Below are positions 13,746-27,100 of a stretch of DNA of 64,000 nucleotides, in pieces (the stretch's first letter is position 1; each line of letters begins with the position of its first letter). Where the stretch lies: NCBI GenBank assembly GCA_028534125.1, contig CM052832.1, positions 6,078,001-6,142,000 of the forward strand. Reading direction: 5' to 3'. Source of the stretch: Lama glama. Lineage: Eukaryota. Under the pieces are notes generated by a model. It was not told where the DNA came from. It made no database searches and was given only the letters and a program-made list of their open reading frames with translations. Position numbers and translations under genes: made by a program.

Positions 13746-14561
13746 CTTTCTGTCTCTTCTCTCCTTATTTCCTCCCTCTCCAATCTATTTTTTTCAACAA
13801 ATGTTTTTCAGAGTCTTCTAGGAGTTAGCTGTCAATTGGACCTCCCCTGATCCCAAATATCTAGACATGATTGTCTTGAACCCATTCCTGCCCTGTGGGA
13901 ATTCAAAGCCCGGCCCGAGATAACTGCACCCCCAGGAGGCTCACAGTGTGTTCTGAGCCAAGCTCCTGTTTTTCCTGAGCTCACAGGTTGACGAAACAGC
14001 TGGCAGAATTCTAGGCGCTGTCCCTTCTTCCTGCTGAAGCATTCACTCCAAGCACGTGATACAGGACTCACTGGAGACTTTAGGGGACAGAGAGGATTTA
14101 CAGCGCAGTAAGGCAACATCTCCAAATCTGCAAAGTCTTCGAGCCTTGTCACTAACAGCGACCATCCACTGTCCCAGCACAGACTCCCAGTCACACCATC
14201 CTGCTCCTCACTTCCTCCTGCCTCTTGAAATTCTTCTCTTCACTTTCTGAGGAGGTATCCAGTTCTCAGAACTCCCTGGGTATGTGGGAGCTCAACAGCA
14301 CAGTAGGGGATCTCTATTTAATAAAATCCAGCCTTGGTAAGTGGAAATTTGTGGTTGTAAGTAGCAAGTCTCTTCCTTCCTCCTCTTCCATTACTCTCTG
14401 CTTCTACTATTACATGCTATCTTTCCTTTAGGAGATTTTAGTCTTTTAGGAATGATACCGAATAAAGATACATACAAAGTGCTGAAAGGACCTTAGGAAA
14501 GGAAAGACTTGTCCCCAAAGGGATTTGTGGGGATTAAGGGAAAGCTTTATCAGTAGTCCCC

Positions 14562-14661
14562 NNNNNNNNNNNNNNNNNNNNNNNNNNNNNNNNNNNNNNN
14601 NNNNNNNNNNNNNNNNNNNNNNNNNNNNNNNNNNNNNNNNNNNNNNNNNNNNNNNNNNNNN
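14562..14661. other. Assembly gap (100 N)
   Basis: Run of N. Confidence 1.
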
Positions 14662-15123
14662 AACTGGTAAGAAACAATATGGTCGGCTTATAGGATGTGC
14701 AGCTGGAAGGCAAGGATGGAGGGAGGAAGAGAAGGCTGGGCCAGGCACGCACGTAACTGGGAGCTTGGATGTGATCCTGTGGCGAGGGGAAGGTTTGATA
14801 AATCGTACAATGTCTCTGCGACTGCTTTTCCCACTGCTGTGCCCTCTCCTCTCCGTTCCAGTCAGCAAGTGCACTTGTCATTCCCACCAAACGCACAGTG
14901 GAGACGGGAGCATTAATTTATTTGAGCAGACATGTGTCAACATCATTTGGAGAAAAGGCACCAGACCCATTACATACGCTCAAATAATGCAATTTGGACT
15001 AGTTTGAAAGCAGCCAACCTCAGGCTTTCCTGATCCACTTCTGACTCTGCTGCTCAGCCTGTCTTCCCAGCTAATTCCTACTTCCCCATCTTCCTCACTC
15101 TTCACCCCCTTTTCCCCACTGTG

Positions 15124-15150
15124 CACACACACACACACACACACACACAC
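15124..15150. repeat. (CA)13 microsatellite
   Basis: Direct reading. Confidence 0.95.
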
Positions 15151-15493
15151 GCCTCACCCACCTCAGGCTCTCTCCCGTTGTCTTGACTCGGGTCATGTCA
15201 AGCCACGATACTCACGGGATTCCCAGAGCAAAGGAAGGGTGAATTCCTAGACCCTATCTCCCTGAGTGCGGGGGAAGGGACTAGAACAAAAACAAGCTTT
15301 GATCCTAATCTTGTCACATTTTTCTTGGATTCATGAAATTCTAAAGGCAAGATCTGGATGGGAGCTTAAAGACTGTCTAGTGAAATCCAACTCTTTGATT
15401 TTAGAAAAAACAGTTTCAGGGAATCTTATCTAAAGTTTACAAGGCTCTTGAGTTGAAAACAACAGAGACACATCCTGGTTCCCTAGTCGATGA

Positions 15494-15494
<1 letters not shown>

Positions 15495-15532
<38 letters not shown>

Positions 15533-15538
15533 TGTGTG
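15495..15538. repeat. (TG)18 microsatellite with short imperfect extension
   Basis: Direct reading. Confidence 0.95.
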
Positions 15539-17018
15539 TTGGACATAAATGTGTGGTAGGAAGCCCTGGCCTGAGTGGGCCGGGGAAACGGTAAGATGCA
15601 ATCCCAGCAGCCATCCAGCCAGGCTTCATGGATGCTGGAACATTCTTTAGGTTCTGCAGGGGTTGATCTGGCAAAGAATCCAGGCCATCCGGCTGTGCCC
15701 TCAGCATCAGGGAACTCTCGGTCCCACCCAAGGCTTATGCCTTGTGATAGCCCCGCTCCTCTCCTTCTCTGCTTCTACCACTCCTGCTACTTCTGCTGCC
15801 TTGGCTTAATAACTTGGAAAAACACTCGTCCATCTTCTTTGTGGCCCATGCTGACTCCTGGCCTCTCCTGACTGTGGTTTCTGCCTGCCACTTCTCAGTA
15901 GATCATCAGCTTGTGCTCAAGGCCACCACCCTCCCCTCTGTCTCCCTTCAGTCTCCCTAAGAGAGAGGGGATGGTTGGTTCCTTTAGTTTCATAGCTCTT
16001 CCTCGTGGACAAAAGTCTTGTGCCAGACCTCGCCAACTGCCACCTGGCCGGGGATCAGCTGTCCTCGGGTCCATCACCTGTGATCAGGGTGGCAGTAATT
16101 TGCTTTCATTAGACAGGACCTTGCTGGTGGTAGTGTTGAGCCCCCTTTCCAGGTAGACTGTCCCATAGCGATAAGTGGCTGAGGTAGGGCTTAGATCCAG
16201 GTGTCCAGCATCCTTCCCTTTATGCCCAACTCACCCGGGGTCTGACTGGTTCTGTGTGTTTTTTCCCTCCCCGGCTGCCTGCCCCTCAGTGCCTCCTGCC
16301 CCGCCTGGCATCCACTCTCCCATAGAGCAGCGCCCATGCTCAGGTCCCGGAATTATTGAAAAGGACCCCGATAAACTAATTGTAACTGAGAACAGCTTGC
16401 TCTGCTTCCTGGGTTTTTACATTTTAACAATTTCTTAAGCTGAACAAATTAGTCTCTAATGTGACATCTCAAACTGTGCTGAAAAGAAAGATTTGGGAGG
16501 AAGCAGATATTCCAGGGCTACTCTGATTCCCATAAAACAAACCAAAACTTACTCTTCATGTTAATAAATATAGCTTCCAGCCTCTTTTACTTATATTATC
16601 TCCCCCTGCCCCCATCACCACCACCTTTATATTGCTGACGAAGATTAAGAAGTTAGTACATTTTCTGGGCACTACCCAGATTACAGATATTGACATTGGC
16701 ACAAATTAAACACATTTTATGTTGTAAAAAGGCTTAGAAGACACAAGGTACCTTTATAAGGGAAAAACGTGTCTAATTGAAGAATTCTCAAGCTTTCCGC
16801 TACCTATTGCCCTCTCCCGCAGGGCAGGGTAAGTTGTCAGTCACAGACCTAGAGTTAATTCTCTTATATTCCTGGAAAGTTATTTTTTAATCAACAAATA
16901 TTATTGTGGCATTTTTTATAGACTGGGTGATATTTTTTAAATGCCCTGTACTGAGTAAGTAGCAGCCAGGGAGATAGCCACCAAAAATATTTTATTTTTA
17001 CGTTCATTTTATACATAT

Positions 17019-17629
17019 TGTCATCAAACTCAAGTCCATGTGCCTGACACACAGTGAGGCCAAACAAACCAAAATATTGGAGTTTGGAACAGAACAGGGA
17101 AAGGTTTATTGCAGGGCCAAGCAGGGGAACGGCTGGCTTGTGCTCCAAAGATCTGAATTCTCTCCAATGGCTTGCAGGGAAGAGATTTCAAAGGTCACAT
17201 CGGGGTGAGGGCTGCAGGGAGCATGACTTTCTTCTGATTGGCTGGTGGTGAGGTAACAGGGTGGTGTTCCCGGAATCTCATTCATCAACCTTCTGGTTCT
17301 AACCAGTCTGGGGTCTCCTCGGGTTGTCACCATCCCCCACCTGGGTGGGGGCCTTAGTTCCTGCAGAGCAACCCAAAAATCCGTACCAGATTGTGTGCAT
17401 CCCTTGAGGAGGAACTAAGAAGATGTTCTATCGCTGAACTATTGTTCCTTAATTGCTTTCCTCTGGTCCCGCCTTCCCTCACTTCCCTAATGAATGACTC
17501 TGCTTGAATCTGCTCTCTGGAACTCAGGGAAGGCTTAGGAGACTAAAGCCTTTTTCTACGAATAAGAAACAGGGAACATGGAAAGGCTTTTGTACCCAGG
17601 AGGACCTCACAGCGTCCTGCTTGGTTTCA
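17019..17629 (-). mobile_element. Solo ERV LTR (probably ERV1 class)
   Basis: Bounded by TG...CA; minus-strand AATAAA (tttatt ~17105) and CCAAT (ctgattggc ~17235); LTR-like text; no clean TSD. Confidence 0.7.
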
Positions 17630-18199
17630 TGCCTCAAATAAAATTGAGAATGTGTGTGTGTGTGCACGCACATCTATGTATCAATGTTCTGCTTATTTTA
17701 ATTTCATGTTATATTACAAAGATTTTTATGTAACTAAACATGTGGAAACATTCCCAAAAGACATTAATTATTCTGATAACGACATAACATTCCATCGCTT
17801 CAATATATAGTATAATTTATTTTTTTCTCTTTTTTTTAAAATTGAAGCATAGTTGATTTACAATGTTGGGTTAGTATACAGTAATGTAAATATTTCCCTC
17901 TGGGTGAATATTTAGGTTGTTGCCAAATTTTCACTGTGGCCGTGTGATGCTGTAAGGATCTCTCCACATAAATGTTTATTTGCATTGATTATTACTCTTT
18001 AAGACAAAGTCCTAGATTGGAAAATAGTGAGTCAAAAAACATGATGATTTTTAAGGCAAAAAAAAGTCAACTTAGAGTCTGAGCTGTAAGGAAGCTGCAG
18101 TGCCAGGACCTCTTCCCAAGTACAGGGAAAAATCTGCGAGTGACACTCAGTTTCCTCTATTAGAGACGGGCACCTGCTTTGATGTGTGGTTGCCATCTC

Positions 18200-18725
18200 G
18201 TCCCCTGCTTTTCTATTGGAGAAATGAACCAGAGTTTGGAGGGCAAGTCAGTCCTTTACTCTCGTTAACAACCTCTCACTCTCACCTTAAACCACGCTCT
18301 CCTTCCAATGGCCTTCTGACTACGCCAAGAATCACACCTGCGGCAGGCACACGACTGGCGCGACCACCCCATCAGCCATCTTCAACGTTCTCCCTTTCCT
18401 TCAGCGTCTCGAACATGCCACGTTCTCTAAAGTTCAGTCTTTTCTCTCTGTCTAGAATCTTCTTCCCCACCTTCTTTCTTTAGGACTCAGTTTTAAGCAT
18501 ACCTCCTCAGAGAGTTCTTGCCTGATTATGTCACTCAAAATGTTGCTACGTTGTACAACTTACTAAAACTTGTGACTCTTTCACTGATTTCTCTGTTTAC
18601 TTGTTCCCCCCCCCGCCCCCCACTGCTTCCCATCCATCATGGAAGAGTGGGTTCTCTGGAATCCCCGGAGCCTAACACAGTGACTGGCATGTAGTAGACA
18701 TTCTGTAACTATTTCTTGTTGAATT
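18200..18725 (+). mobile_element. L2 3' fragment
   Basis: Ends with ...cacagtgactggcatgtagtagacattctgtaactatttcttgttgaat, the L2 3' terminal motif; 5' boundary approximate. Confidence 0.55.
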
Positions 18726-18749
18726 TCTGGTGAATTTGGTCTGTCATGG

Positions 18750-19502
18750 TGATGCAGGAAAACGGATATGCGGCGTGAGGAGGGCTGTGTTCCAGGCTTC
18801 GGTTGAGCCCCTGGGACGTGCCCTGCCAAGTGTGCGTCCTTGGCTTTGCACAGGAAAGAATTTAAGTTGTGCCACCGTTGAGTAAAGGTAGATTTATTTA
18901 GAGCGATCCATACTGCATAGAGTGTAAGGCAAGAGAAAGGCAAAGAAAGAGGTGTGAGAATGGGGTGCTCAGGTTAAAGTAAAAGTAGGTACAAACTCCG
19001 TAGACAGAGTGTGGGTCGTCTTCAAAGAGGAGGGAGCGAAGAAGGGCCACTAGGCGTGGTGTTGGATTCTAGCTCCATTGCTTGGCTGTGTGAGCCTGGA
19101 TCAGTCACTTGCTTCTCTGAAAATGTGTCTCTTCATTTATAAAAGTTGATTAAGGATTCTTACCTGACAGGATTAAAAACAACAGTTTTTATAGTCTCAG
19201 TATTTTCACACGCCCACAGGTGAGACCATTCCAAGGGCCCTGGAGAAAGGGCTGGGATTACCAGGAATTGGGCCATGGCCCATTTTTTGGCCTTTTGCGG
19301 TTAGCCTTGGGGCTGTCCTGGCGCCTGTAGGCATGTTACTGATCATGCTGTTACAATGAGCATATAATGAAGCTCAAGGTCTACTAGAAGTCAAACCTCT
19401 TAATCCTCAAGCCCAACTAGGAGTTGAATCTTCTGCCGTTTTGGTGTTAAATTGCCGTCATTCCTTGAGTGGCTGTGCCCTGCCCCCTTCCCTCCTGTCT
19501 CA
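18750..19502 (-). mobile_element. Solo ERV1-type LTR containing an internal MIR-like segment
   Basis: TG (18750)...CA (19502) ends with 4-bp near-TSD atgg/gtgg; minus-strand AATAAA (~18894); cccccttccctcctgtctca terminus. Confidence 0.75.
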
Positions 19503-20509
19503 GTGGCAGGAGAGCCCTGGGCCCCCGATCCAATGTTGAGTTCATCTGTATTTCCTGGTGTGGTGGCTGAATAATTAATACAAGATGTTCATGGCTACAT
19601 CCCTGGGGCCCAGTAATATCTCAGAATGAAACCCTGAGGTTTGCTTGGCCAAGTGACAGATCCCAAGGTTGGGGTAGCTGTGATCTAGGTTCAAAGGCCA
19701 GAACTCCGTCCATTAAGTGCCCGGCTCAGCAGAAATCTGAGCTGCAGTAGTCACAGCACCAGTGAGGCCCCCGTCAAGCCAAGATGAGACCAGATACTGA
19801 AGCCGAAGGTCGGTCTAAACCTGAATGGAGCGCAAGATGTGCTCTGCTTGTGGGAGTTGGGATTTAGAAAGTGGCCTAGTATAATTGAAATAACATGAAT
19901 TGTGATATCACACTTTGGTTTGAATTGGACTTAGCCACTCCCTAATGAACGAGGCAGCCATGGACAGTCCTTTAACCTACCTGAGATTTGATTTTCTCAA
20001 CTATAAAATGGCAGTCATAACACCTACCATGCAGGATAGTTGTAAAGGTTAGAAATTCCATTTATGGTGTGCCGGGGACTTAGCAGATTTACAAAATGGT
20101 GATTGTTATTATTACTGGAATGTCTTCCAGGGACCCATTGCCAGAGTCATGAATCAGGGACTGGGGCTAACTTTCCATCTCATTTTCTTCATCTCTAAAA
20201 TAAGGGAAATAATAGTATTTTCTATGCAAGGTTATTATAGATACGAAATTGAATAGTGTATATAAAACACTTGCCAAGGAACCTGGTGTACAGTAAGAGC
20301 TCAGTAAATGGGAGCTGTTGCAAGGTGGTGGCAGTGATGGTGACTCAGAAGATGTTAATGGTGAGGATGGTGAGGATGGTGGGATGATGGTGGTGGTGAT
20401 GATGATGATGCAATGAAAGTGGCTTCCAGATTAAATTCAGGGGACACCTTGGGAGTTGACAGTTCTCACGTACGTAGCCTTAGGGCAGAACTCTTTGGGA
20501 GGAGGGAGG

Positions 20510-20954
20510 TTTACAACAACACAAATTTATTCCCTTACAATGGTACAGTCCGAATTTTGAAATCAGGCTCACTGAGCTAAAGTCCAGGTGTCAGCAGGGT
20601 TGGTTCCTCCCGGAGGCTCTCAGGGAGAATCTGTTTCCCTGTGTTTTTCAGCATTTAGAAGCCACCTACACTCCCGGGCTGGTGACCCTCATTCATCTTC
20701 GGAGTGCCTTGCTCTAATCTCTGCTTCATCACATCTCCTCCTTCATCCTCTGACCTTCCTTCCTCCCTCTTATAAAAAGCCTTGTGATCACATTTATAAT
20801 CCATCAGGTAACCCAGGATAAAATCTCCCCATCTTAAAATCCTTAACTTAATTACATCTACAGAGTCTCTTCTGCCTTATGAAGTAAACGTCACAGGTTC
20901 TGGAAATTAGGACATAGATATTTTGGAGAGTTGGAGGTTCTTCAGTCTACCACA
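20510..20954 (-). mobile_element. MaLR LTR (MLT1-type)
   Basis: acaacacaaatttattcccttacaa...gtgtcagcagggttggttcctcc...cacaggttctggaaattaggacat...ttcagtctaccaca, MLT1 consensus in reverse. Confidence 0.8.
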
Positions 20955-21360
20955 AGCCCCCATCGTCTGTCCCCACATCCCCACTTCCTCAGGGTAGATT
21001 CCAGGACCCTTCTCTGCCTCTGTTGCATGCACCCTCAACACCCTGCTTCTCCCTTCTATTGCAAGCCTCAGCCTTGAGTACCTAACCCTCCACTGACTAT
21101 ATCCTGCTTCCAAGCAGCTCAACCAGTCTGGAGAAAACCACAGTTGTGCCTGCAGGTCCAACTTTACCTTTTCCACTCCAGATCTGAAACAGAGCCTCAG
21201 CGTTACAGCAGGGCGCCTGACCCAGAACAGGGTACAGACAGGCAACAGAAAGGTAGATAATTCATTTCGAGATAATAAAGTCAAAGAAAAAAGATAGCAA
21301 AGGTTCAAGGTGAGTAAGGCAATCAATCTCATCTGGATTTGAAAATGAATTGTGAAGCGC

Positions 21361-22125
21361 CAGTCAGAACAGCCATCATTAAAAAGTCCACAAATCATAA
21401 ATGCTAGAGAAGGTCTGGAGGAAAGGGAACCCTCCTACACTGCTGGTGGGAATGAAGTCTGGTGCAGCCACTGTGAAAAACAGTATGGAGATTCCTTAAA
21501 AAACTAAAAATAGACTTATACTTAGATCCAGCAATCCCACTCCTGAGTATATATCCAGAGAGAACTCTAATTTGAAAAGATACACACACCCCAATGTTCA
21601 TAGCAGCACCATTTACAATAGCCAAGACATGGAAGCAACTTAAATGCCCATTGACAGATGACTGGATAAAGAAGATGTGGTATATGTATGATGGAGTATA
21701 ACTCGGCCATAAAAAAGAATGAAATAATGCCATTTGCAGCAACATGGATGGACCTAGAGATTAGCATGCTAAGTGAAGTAAGACAGACACAGAAAGAAAA
21801 ATATATGCTATCACTTATATGTGGAATCTTAAAACAATGACACATATGAACTTACTTATAAAACAGAAACAGATTCATAGACATAGAAAACAAACTCATG
21901 GTTACCAAAGGGGAAGTTTCGAGTTTGGGATTTGCAAATACAAACTACTATATATGAAACAGATAAACAACGAAGTCCTACTGTATAGCACAGGGAGCTA
22001 CATTCAGTATCTTGTAATAACCTATTACGAAAAAAGATATGTTTATGTATGTATAACTGCATCACTATGCTGTACACTAGAAATTAACACAACACTGTAA
22101 ATCAACTATACTTCAACTTAAAAAG
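21361..22125 (+). mobile_element. L1 3' end (ORF2 C-terminus + 3' UTR), 5'-truncated
   Basis: gggaaccctcctacactgctggtgggaat...gcaacatggatggacctagag...gtaaatcaactatacttcaa + A-run. Confidence 0.92.
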
Positions 22126-22134
22126 GTGAGAATA

Positions 22135-22458
22135 AGAACTACCAGCAACCCCACTTCTGGGTACTTAGCCAAAGAAAATGAAAACATCAATTCAAAATGA
22201 TACATGCACCCCCATGTTCATTGCAGCACTATTTACAATCGTCAAGGTATGGTACCAACCAAAGTGTCCATCAGGGGATGAATGGATAAAGAAATTGTAG
22301 TCTGGTCACCTTAAAAAAGGTGATAAAAAAGAAGGAAATCTTGCCATTTGCAATAACATGGGTGGATCTCAAGGGCATTATGTTCAGTGAACTAAGTCAG
22401 ACAGAGAAAGACAGACAACTGTATGACTGTCTTATATGTGGGATCTAAAAAAAACAAA
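22135..22458 (+). mobile_element. Second, more diverged L1 3' fragment running into the gap
   Basis: ccagcaaccccacttctggg...atgttcattgcagcactatttacaat...gccatttgcaataacatgg. Confidence 0.85.
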
Positions 22459-22958
22459 NNNNNNNNNNNNNNNNNNNNNNNNNNNNNNNNNNNNNNNNNN
22501 NNNNNNNNNNNNNNNNNNNNNNNNNNNNNNNNNNNNNNNNNNNNNNNNNNNNNNNNNNNNNNNNNNNNNNNNNNNNNNNNNNNNNNNNNNNNNNNNNNNN
22601 NNNNNNNNNNNNNNNNNNNNNNNNNNNNNNNNNNNNNNNNNNNNNNNNNNNNNNNNNNNNNNNNNNNNNNNNNNNNNNNNNNNNNNNNNNNNNNNNNNNN
22701 NNNNNNNNNNNNNNNNNNNNNNNNNNNNNNNNNNNNNNNNNNNNNNNNNNNNNNNNNNNNNNNNNNNNNNNNNNNNNNNNNNNNNNNNNNNNNNNNNNNN
22801 NNNNNNNNNNNNNNNNNNNNNNNNNNNNNNNNNNNNNNNNNNNNNNNNNNNNNNNNNNNNNNNNNNNNNNNNNNNNNNNNNNNNNNNNNNNNNNNNNNNN
22901 NNNNNNNNNNNNNNNNNNNNNNNNNNNNNNNNNNNNNNNNNNNNNNNNNNNNNNNNNN
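22459..22958. other. Assembly gap (500 N)
   Basis: Run of N. Confidence 1.
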
Positions 22959-23448
22959 GATTAATTTATTAGAGTAACAGGAATTTAATGCCTTGAAATG
23001 AAACTACTTTTTGCAATCACTTCTAAGAGAAAAACTGCATAAAATGCCAATTCAGCAATCAATAAAGTCGCTCACAATCCTTACTTTTAAAAATAGTAAA
23101 CATTTCTATATTAAAGACAGAGTTTAACTGATTTGAGGAGTAGACATGGGAGAAGGATGGGTTTTCAAGCAACACCATTCATAAATCTGTTCTAGAAAAG
23201 CCTGCCTTAAGCTACAAATATTCATTGCATTGATCATTATGAATTTTTAATGTAATGTTGGCTTTAGTACTGTGAAGAGAGATGGCTGAAAATCTCACAG
23301 AGTGACAACCACATTGTTGATTAATTTAGGCTTTTAAATATTTTAGATATTTCAGTAAAATGATTATTTTTCAAGCAAAGTTCATGCTGCTTAAGAAGTG
23401 ATTTCAGATACAAGTAAGTTACTTCAGTTGAGCCTAAGACAGAATGAA

Positions 23449-23876
23449 CAGAGTAGCCCCAAAATCTCAATGTGGTTTTAAGCTTTAAAGACTTCAACAG
23501 TGTTTATGTTACAAACAACAAAAAAATCATTTGAAAATGGTTCTTCAATTTCTTTACTTTTATGCATTTTGATGAATTCTAAATGATTAATGTTTTAATT
23601 TTCTTTGTTTTGGTCAATGTTCACCAACATCAATTAGAGGGGCAAAAAATTAAATTAAGTTAATATTATTTCAAAAAATTAAAACATGTAGTGTACAAAA
23701 AAGTTAAAAAACTAAACATTCAAATGGTTTTCTAAAATTTTTTCAAATTTTTATATTTCAAAAATTGAAGGATGGTTGATCTACAATGTTGGGTCAAATG
23801 GCTTTTAAAGTTTATAGCATATACACTTCTGAAAGTATTAAAGTTTTAAATTGCACTAAGACCTTTGGGACATCTT
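23449..23876. mobile_element. Ancient TcMar-type non-autonomous DNA element with long degenerate inverted termini
   Basis: Left ccccaaaatctcaatgtggttttaagctttaaagacttca...catttga aligns with the reverse complement of right tcaaatgg...tgaaagtattaaagttttaaattgcactaagacctttggga. Confidence 0.6.
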
Positions 23877-24289
23877 TTTTCAAACACTATATATAGTGAG
23901 TGCTGTGGAGAATAAAAGTGAAAAGACTTAATCAGAAAGGAAAATTCCCTCTTGAGAAAAAAAATTCCTTTTTCCTTGGGTCAGTTGAAGGATACAGGGC
24001 ACCAAAGACCAACATCCAAAAAACCCTACAAATTCTTGGAAGGGTGAGGCAGGGTGTGCGTGTGGGATGGAGAGTTGGGGGGTATGCAATCATATTGCTT
24101 AATCTGAATCCAGTTTTCTCTTGCTAATGAAGCTATTTCTCTGCCCATTTGTCAGAGGCTTTTAATGCTGCTCTTATCACTTACAAAAGCGTAAAGAAGG
24201 GCTCATGAGAGGCGCTGGAGTATGTATTTATCCAAAGGATCTTCTTCAACCAAAGACTAACTATTGTGAGGCTGTCTCCTATGTATTGG

Positions 24290-24537
24290 CTGAGCAGGTA
24301 CACTATGAAGCCGTTAAGACTTGGGTTCAAATCCTGCCTCCATCGTGGCTAGGGATGTGACCTTGGTAAGTTACAAAACCTCTATATGCCTCAGTTTGCT
24401 CATCTGTAAAGTGGGAATGATCCCAATAATACATACTCCTAAAGCTTGTTGTGTGGATCAAATGAAATAACACATGTAAAGGACTTACGTGGTACCTGAT
24501 ACTTAGCAAACGTTCAATACATGTTGGTGACTATTAG
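24290..24537 (+). mobile_element. MIR SINE (near full length)
   Basis: gggttcaaatcctgcctcc...tgtgaccttggtaagttac...gcctcagtttgctcatctgtaaagtggg core. Other MIR relics seen near 8500, 9790, 10760, 11130, 19900, 20180, 25100, 25400, 32500, 48500, 50250, 56570, 61960. Confidence 0.85.
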
Positions 24538-25569
24538 TAAGGGAAGGCCCCATCCTGCCTGCCCCAAGTCCTCAAACCCTCAACAATCCTACTGTCTTCT
24601 ATCCTGTACAGCTCAGGCCACACATCTCGGCACTAAACTATAGTCTAGTCCTATGTGTTTTCATGCATTTCATCTCATCTACCTGATTTTATTGGAAGCT
24701 TCTGGAAGGCAGACAACTTGCTTGATATTCTATCTGCAATCCTGCCTCTTAGCAAGTGCTGGGCCAAAGCCTGCCCTCTATAACCGCTCAGTGATTCAGT
24801 GGCTTGAAGGAGACCAGACAGAGAGCTAGTGAGAAAAGCGGAGAAGCCAGTGACTTGATAAATCCCAAACTGGACGGGCAGCTCTGAAACAGGAGCTAAT
24901 TGTGTTTCATGCTCTTTGCACACCTGCCAGCCTCTGCTTGGACCTCCTCCTCCCAGAACTCTTCCTTCAATTTCTCTGTCTTCCTACTTTAAGCAGCTTG
25001 AACTCATCTTGGCCAGGAGAAAGTACACTACAGGAGCCAATTAGAATCCTTGAACGTCAGGAGTTAAAAGGCTCATGAAAGATCACATGGTCCACATTTA
25101 TCATTTTACACATCAGGGGGCTTAAACAAACCCAAACAGATACAGAGGAGTGCAGTGACTTGTCCCAGTGCAAAGCTGGCTCAGGCCCGAGCTGAGACCA
25201 GAAATCAGATGTCTTGACACTACACTGCGTCATGTCAGAGTGAGCAGTTTCCTTTCCATCTTAGCCCCCAATTCTATATGTCTCTGAGTAAATTTCAAAC
25301 TTCCCAACCTACTGTTTCTTCTCTAATTAGAGTCATTTATAAAAGACAATCTTCTCAAGAAAGGGAATTGGAGAAGGAACGTTGAGTCCTGTGCTGGAAA
25401 TTTTACATATTCTATCTCATTTATTCCTCAGATCACCACTATGAGATAGTTTTTACTGTCTTAAACATGAAGAAGCTCAAAAAGATTAAGGTCTATGACT
25501 ACTCAATTAATAAATTGTCTAATGGAAATTTGATCCTATATTTGGTGGCCCTTCAAACTCATTGTCTTT

Positions 25570-25829
25570 TTTTTTTTCATTGAAGTTGTTGATTTACAAT
25601 GTTATGTTAGTTTCTGGTGTACAGCATAGTTTTCATAATTTTTTTTATTATTTTTTGTTACAAGCTATTGAATATAGTTCCCTGTTGTACACAGTAGGTC
25701 CTTGTTGTTTATCTGTTTTATATATAGTAGTTTATATCTGTTAATCCCAAACTCCTAATTTATCCATCCCCCAGCCTTTTCACTTTGGTAACCATGAGTT
25801 TGTTTCTATGTCTGTGAGTCTGCCAGATC
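25570..25829 (-). mobile_element. 5'-truncated L1 3' end
   Basis: poly(T)+ttgaagttgttgatttacaatg...; TSD cattgtcttt at 25560-25569 and 25830-25839. Confidence 0.88.
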
Positions 25830-26514
25830 CATTGTCTTTCAATTAAACTATTAAATGAGGTCTATTTTCTCACCAACTCTCCCAAGAAGTGAGAAATGAT
25901 TTGGGGCCCTGGGTGGAAATGCTTATGGCAAAATGAGAACACTCCAGGTGTAAACTCTTAAAGCAGAGGGATGATGGACAATTCAAGATGAGTACCACTT
26001 CTCACAGCACTGCAGAATCTTCCTTCAGAGAAAGGAACTAATTTAATCACCTTACAGTTCTTGGGAGTGAAACAAAGGTGTCATAGCTTAAAAGAACTGG
26101 CTATTTTATTTTTCCAATCACCCCTCTCTTATCATCCAAGAGAGCCTCCAGAATCATGCCTGCTTTGCAATTCTGTTCCCACTTGATCTGATCCAAGAAT
26201 GCCTTCTTTGTAAAACATAACTGTGGAGACTTGATCAAACCATGCTCATGCACTTTATCTTGCAATCTGTTGCCAAAGGGCTGATATTCCTTCTTGGGCC
26301 GAAGAATGGCAAGTTCTGAAATGAGCTAGTTTAAGGAAACAAAACTATGGACAAAACACTTAACCCAAATCAGGGATGTGGCACCTTAGCAAAACAAGAG
26401 ATTAAGCCTGTTATTGTGTGTATAACACAACCCAGGATGTTTGATTTAAGGCTTGGAGAAGGAAAAGGTTCATCAGGCGTGCAAACTGTTCCATGGTTTG
26501 TCAAACGTTTCCAA

Positions 26515-27100
26515 GTTTGTTTCACTCCACAAGTATTTATTGAGGCAGGTGAATATCTTGAATCTTGACTATGGAGATCCCAAGATGATTAAGACGTAGA
26601 CTTTGGTCCCAAAGGGTTCAAGATCTGGCCAGTGGCACAGAGAGGTAATCTAAGGACAGCATGATGTCATACACGCTATAACAGAGCCGTGTAGGAAAGA
26701 ATGAGAGGAAGGAAGAACTGGTTTCTCAAATGAGGGTAGAAGAGGTGGAGAGAGGACATTAGGAAAGACTTCTTAGGTAAGGTACCCCTTGAGGATGGTC
26801 TTAAAGGGTAGATTCCTAGCAATTCACTGAGCACAGGAGGAGAGTTGAAAAGAAAACAACACCCAACAAAGGCTTAGAAGTATGACAGGGACAAGGTAGT
26901 TATGAAACACAATGATTTAATGGGATTAGTATGCAGAAGCTGGGGTTTGTAGGGATTGGCAGGCAGTGGGGGTCGAAAACTAAGCTGGGTATAGGAAGCA
27001 AAGGCTCCGTGTGCCAAATCTGTGCGTGTCTACTCAACCTTGCAGCAGTGGGAGGGTTGCATCATAAACAGAGATCAGAATGAGGTGTTTTATCAAGACT
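26515..27100 (-). mobile_element. L2 fragment
   Basis: ttcactccacaagtatttattgag start (reverse of the L2 3' end) followed by purine-rich L2 body. Confidence 0.55.

Noticed and set aside
21404..22100. ORFs inside L1 sequence
   Set aside because: Translations of degenerate L1 ORF2/3' UTR; no intact element.
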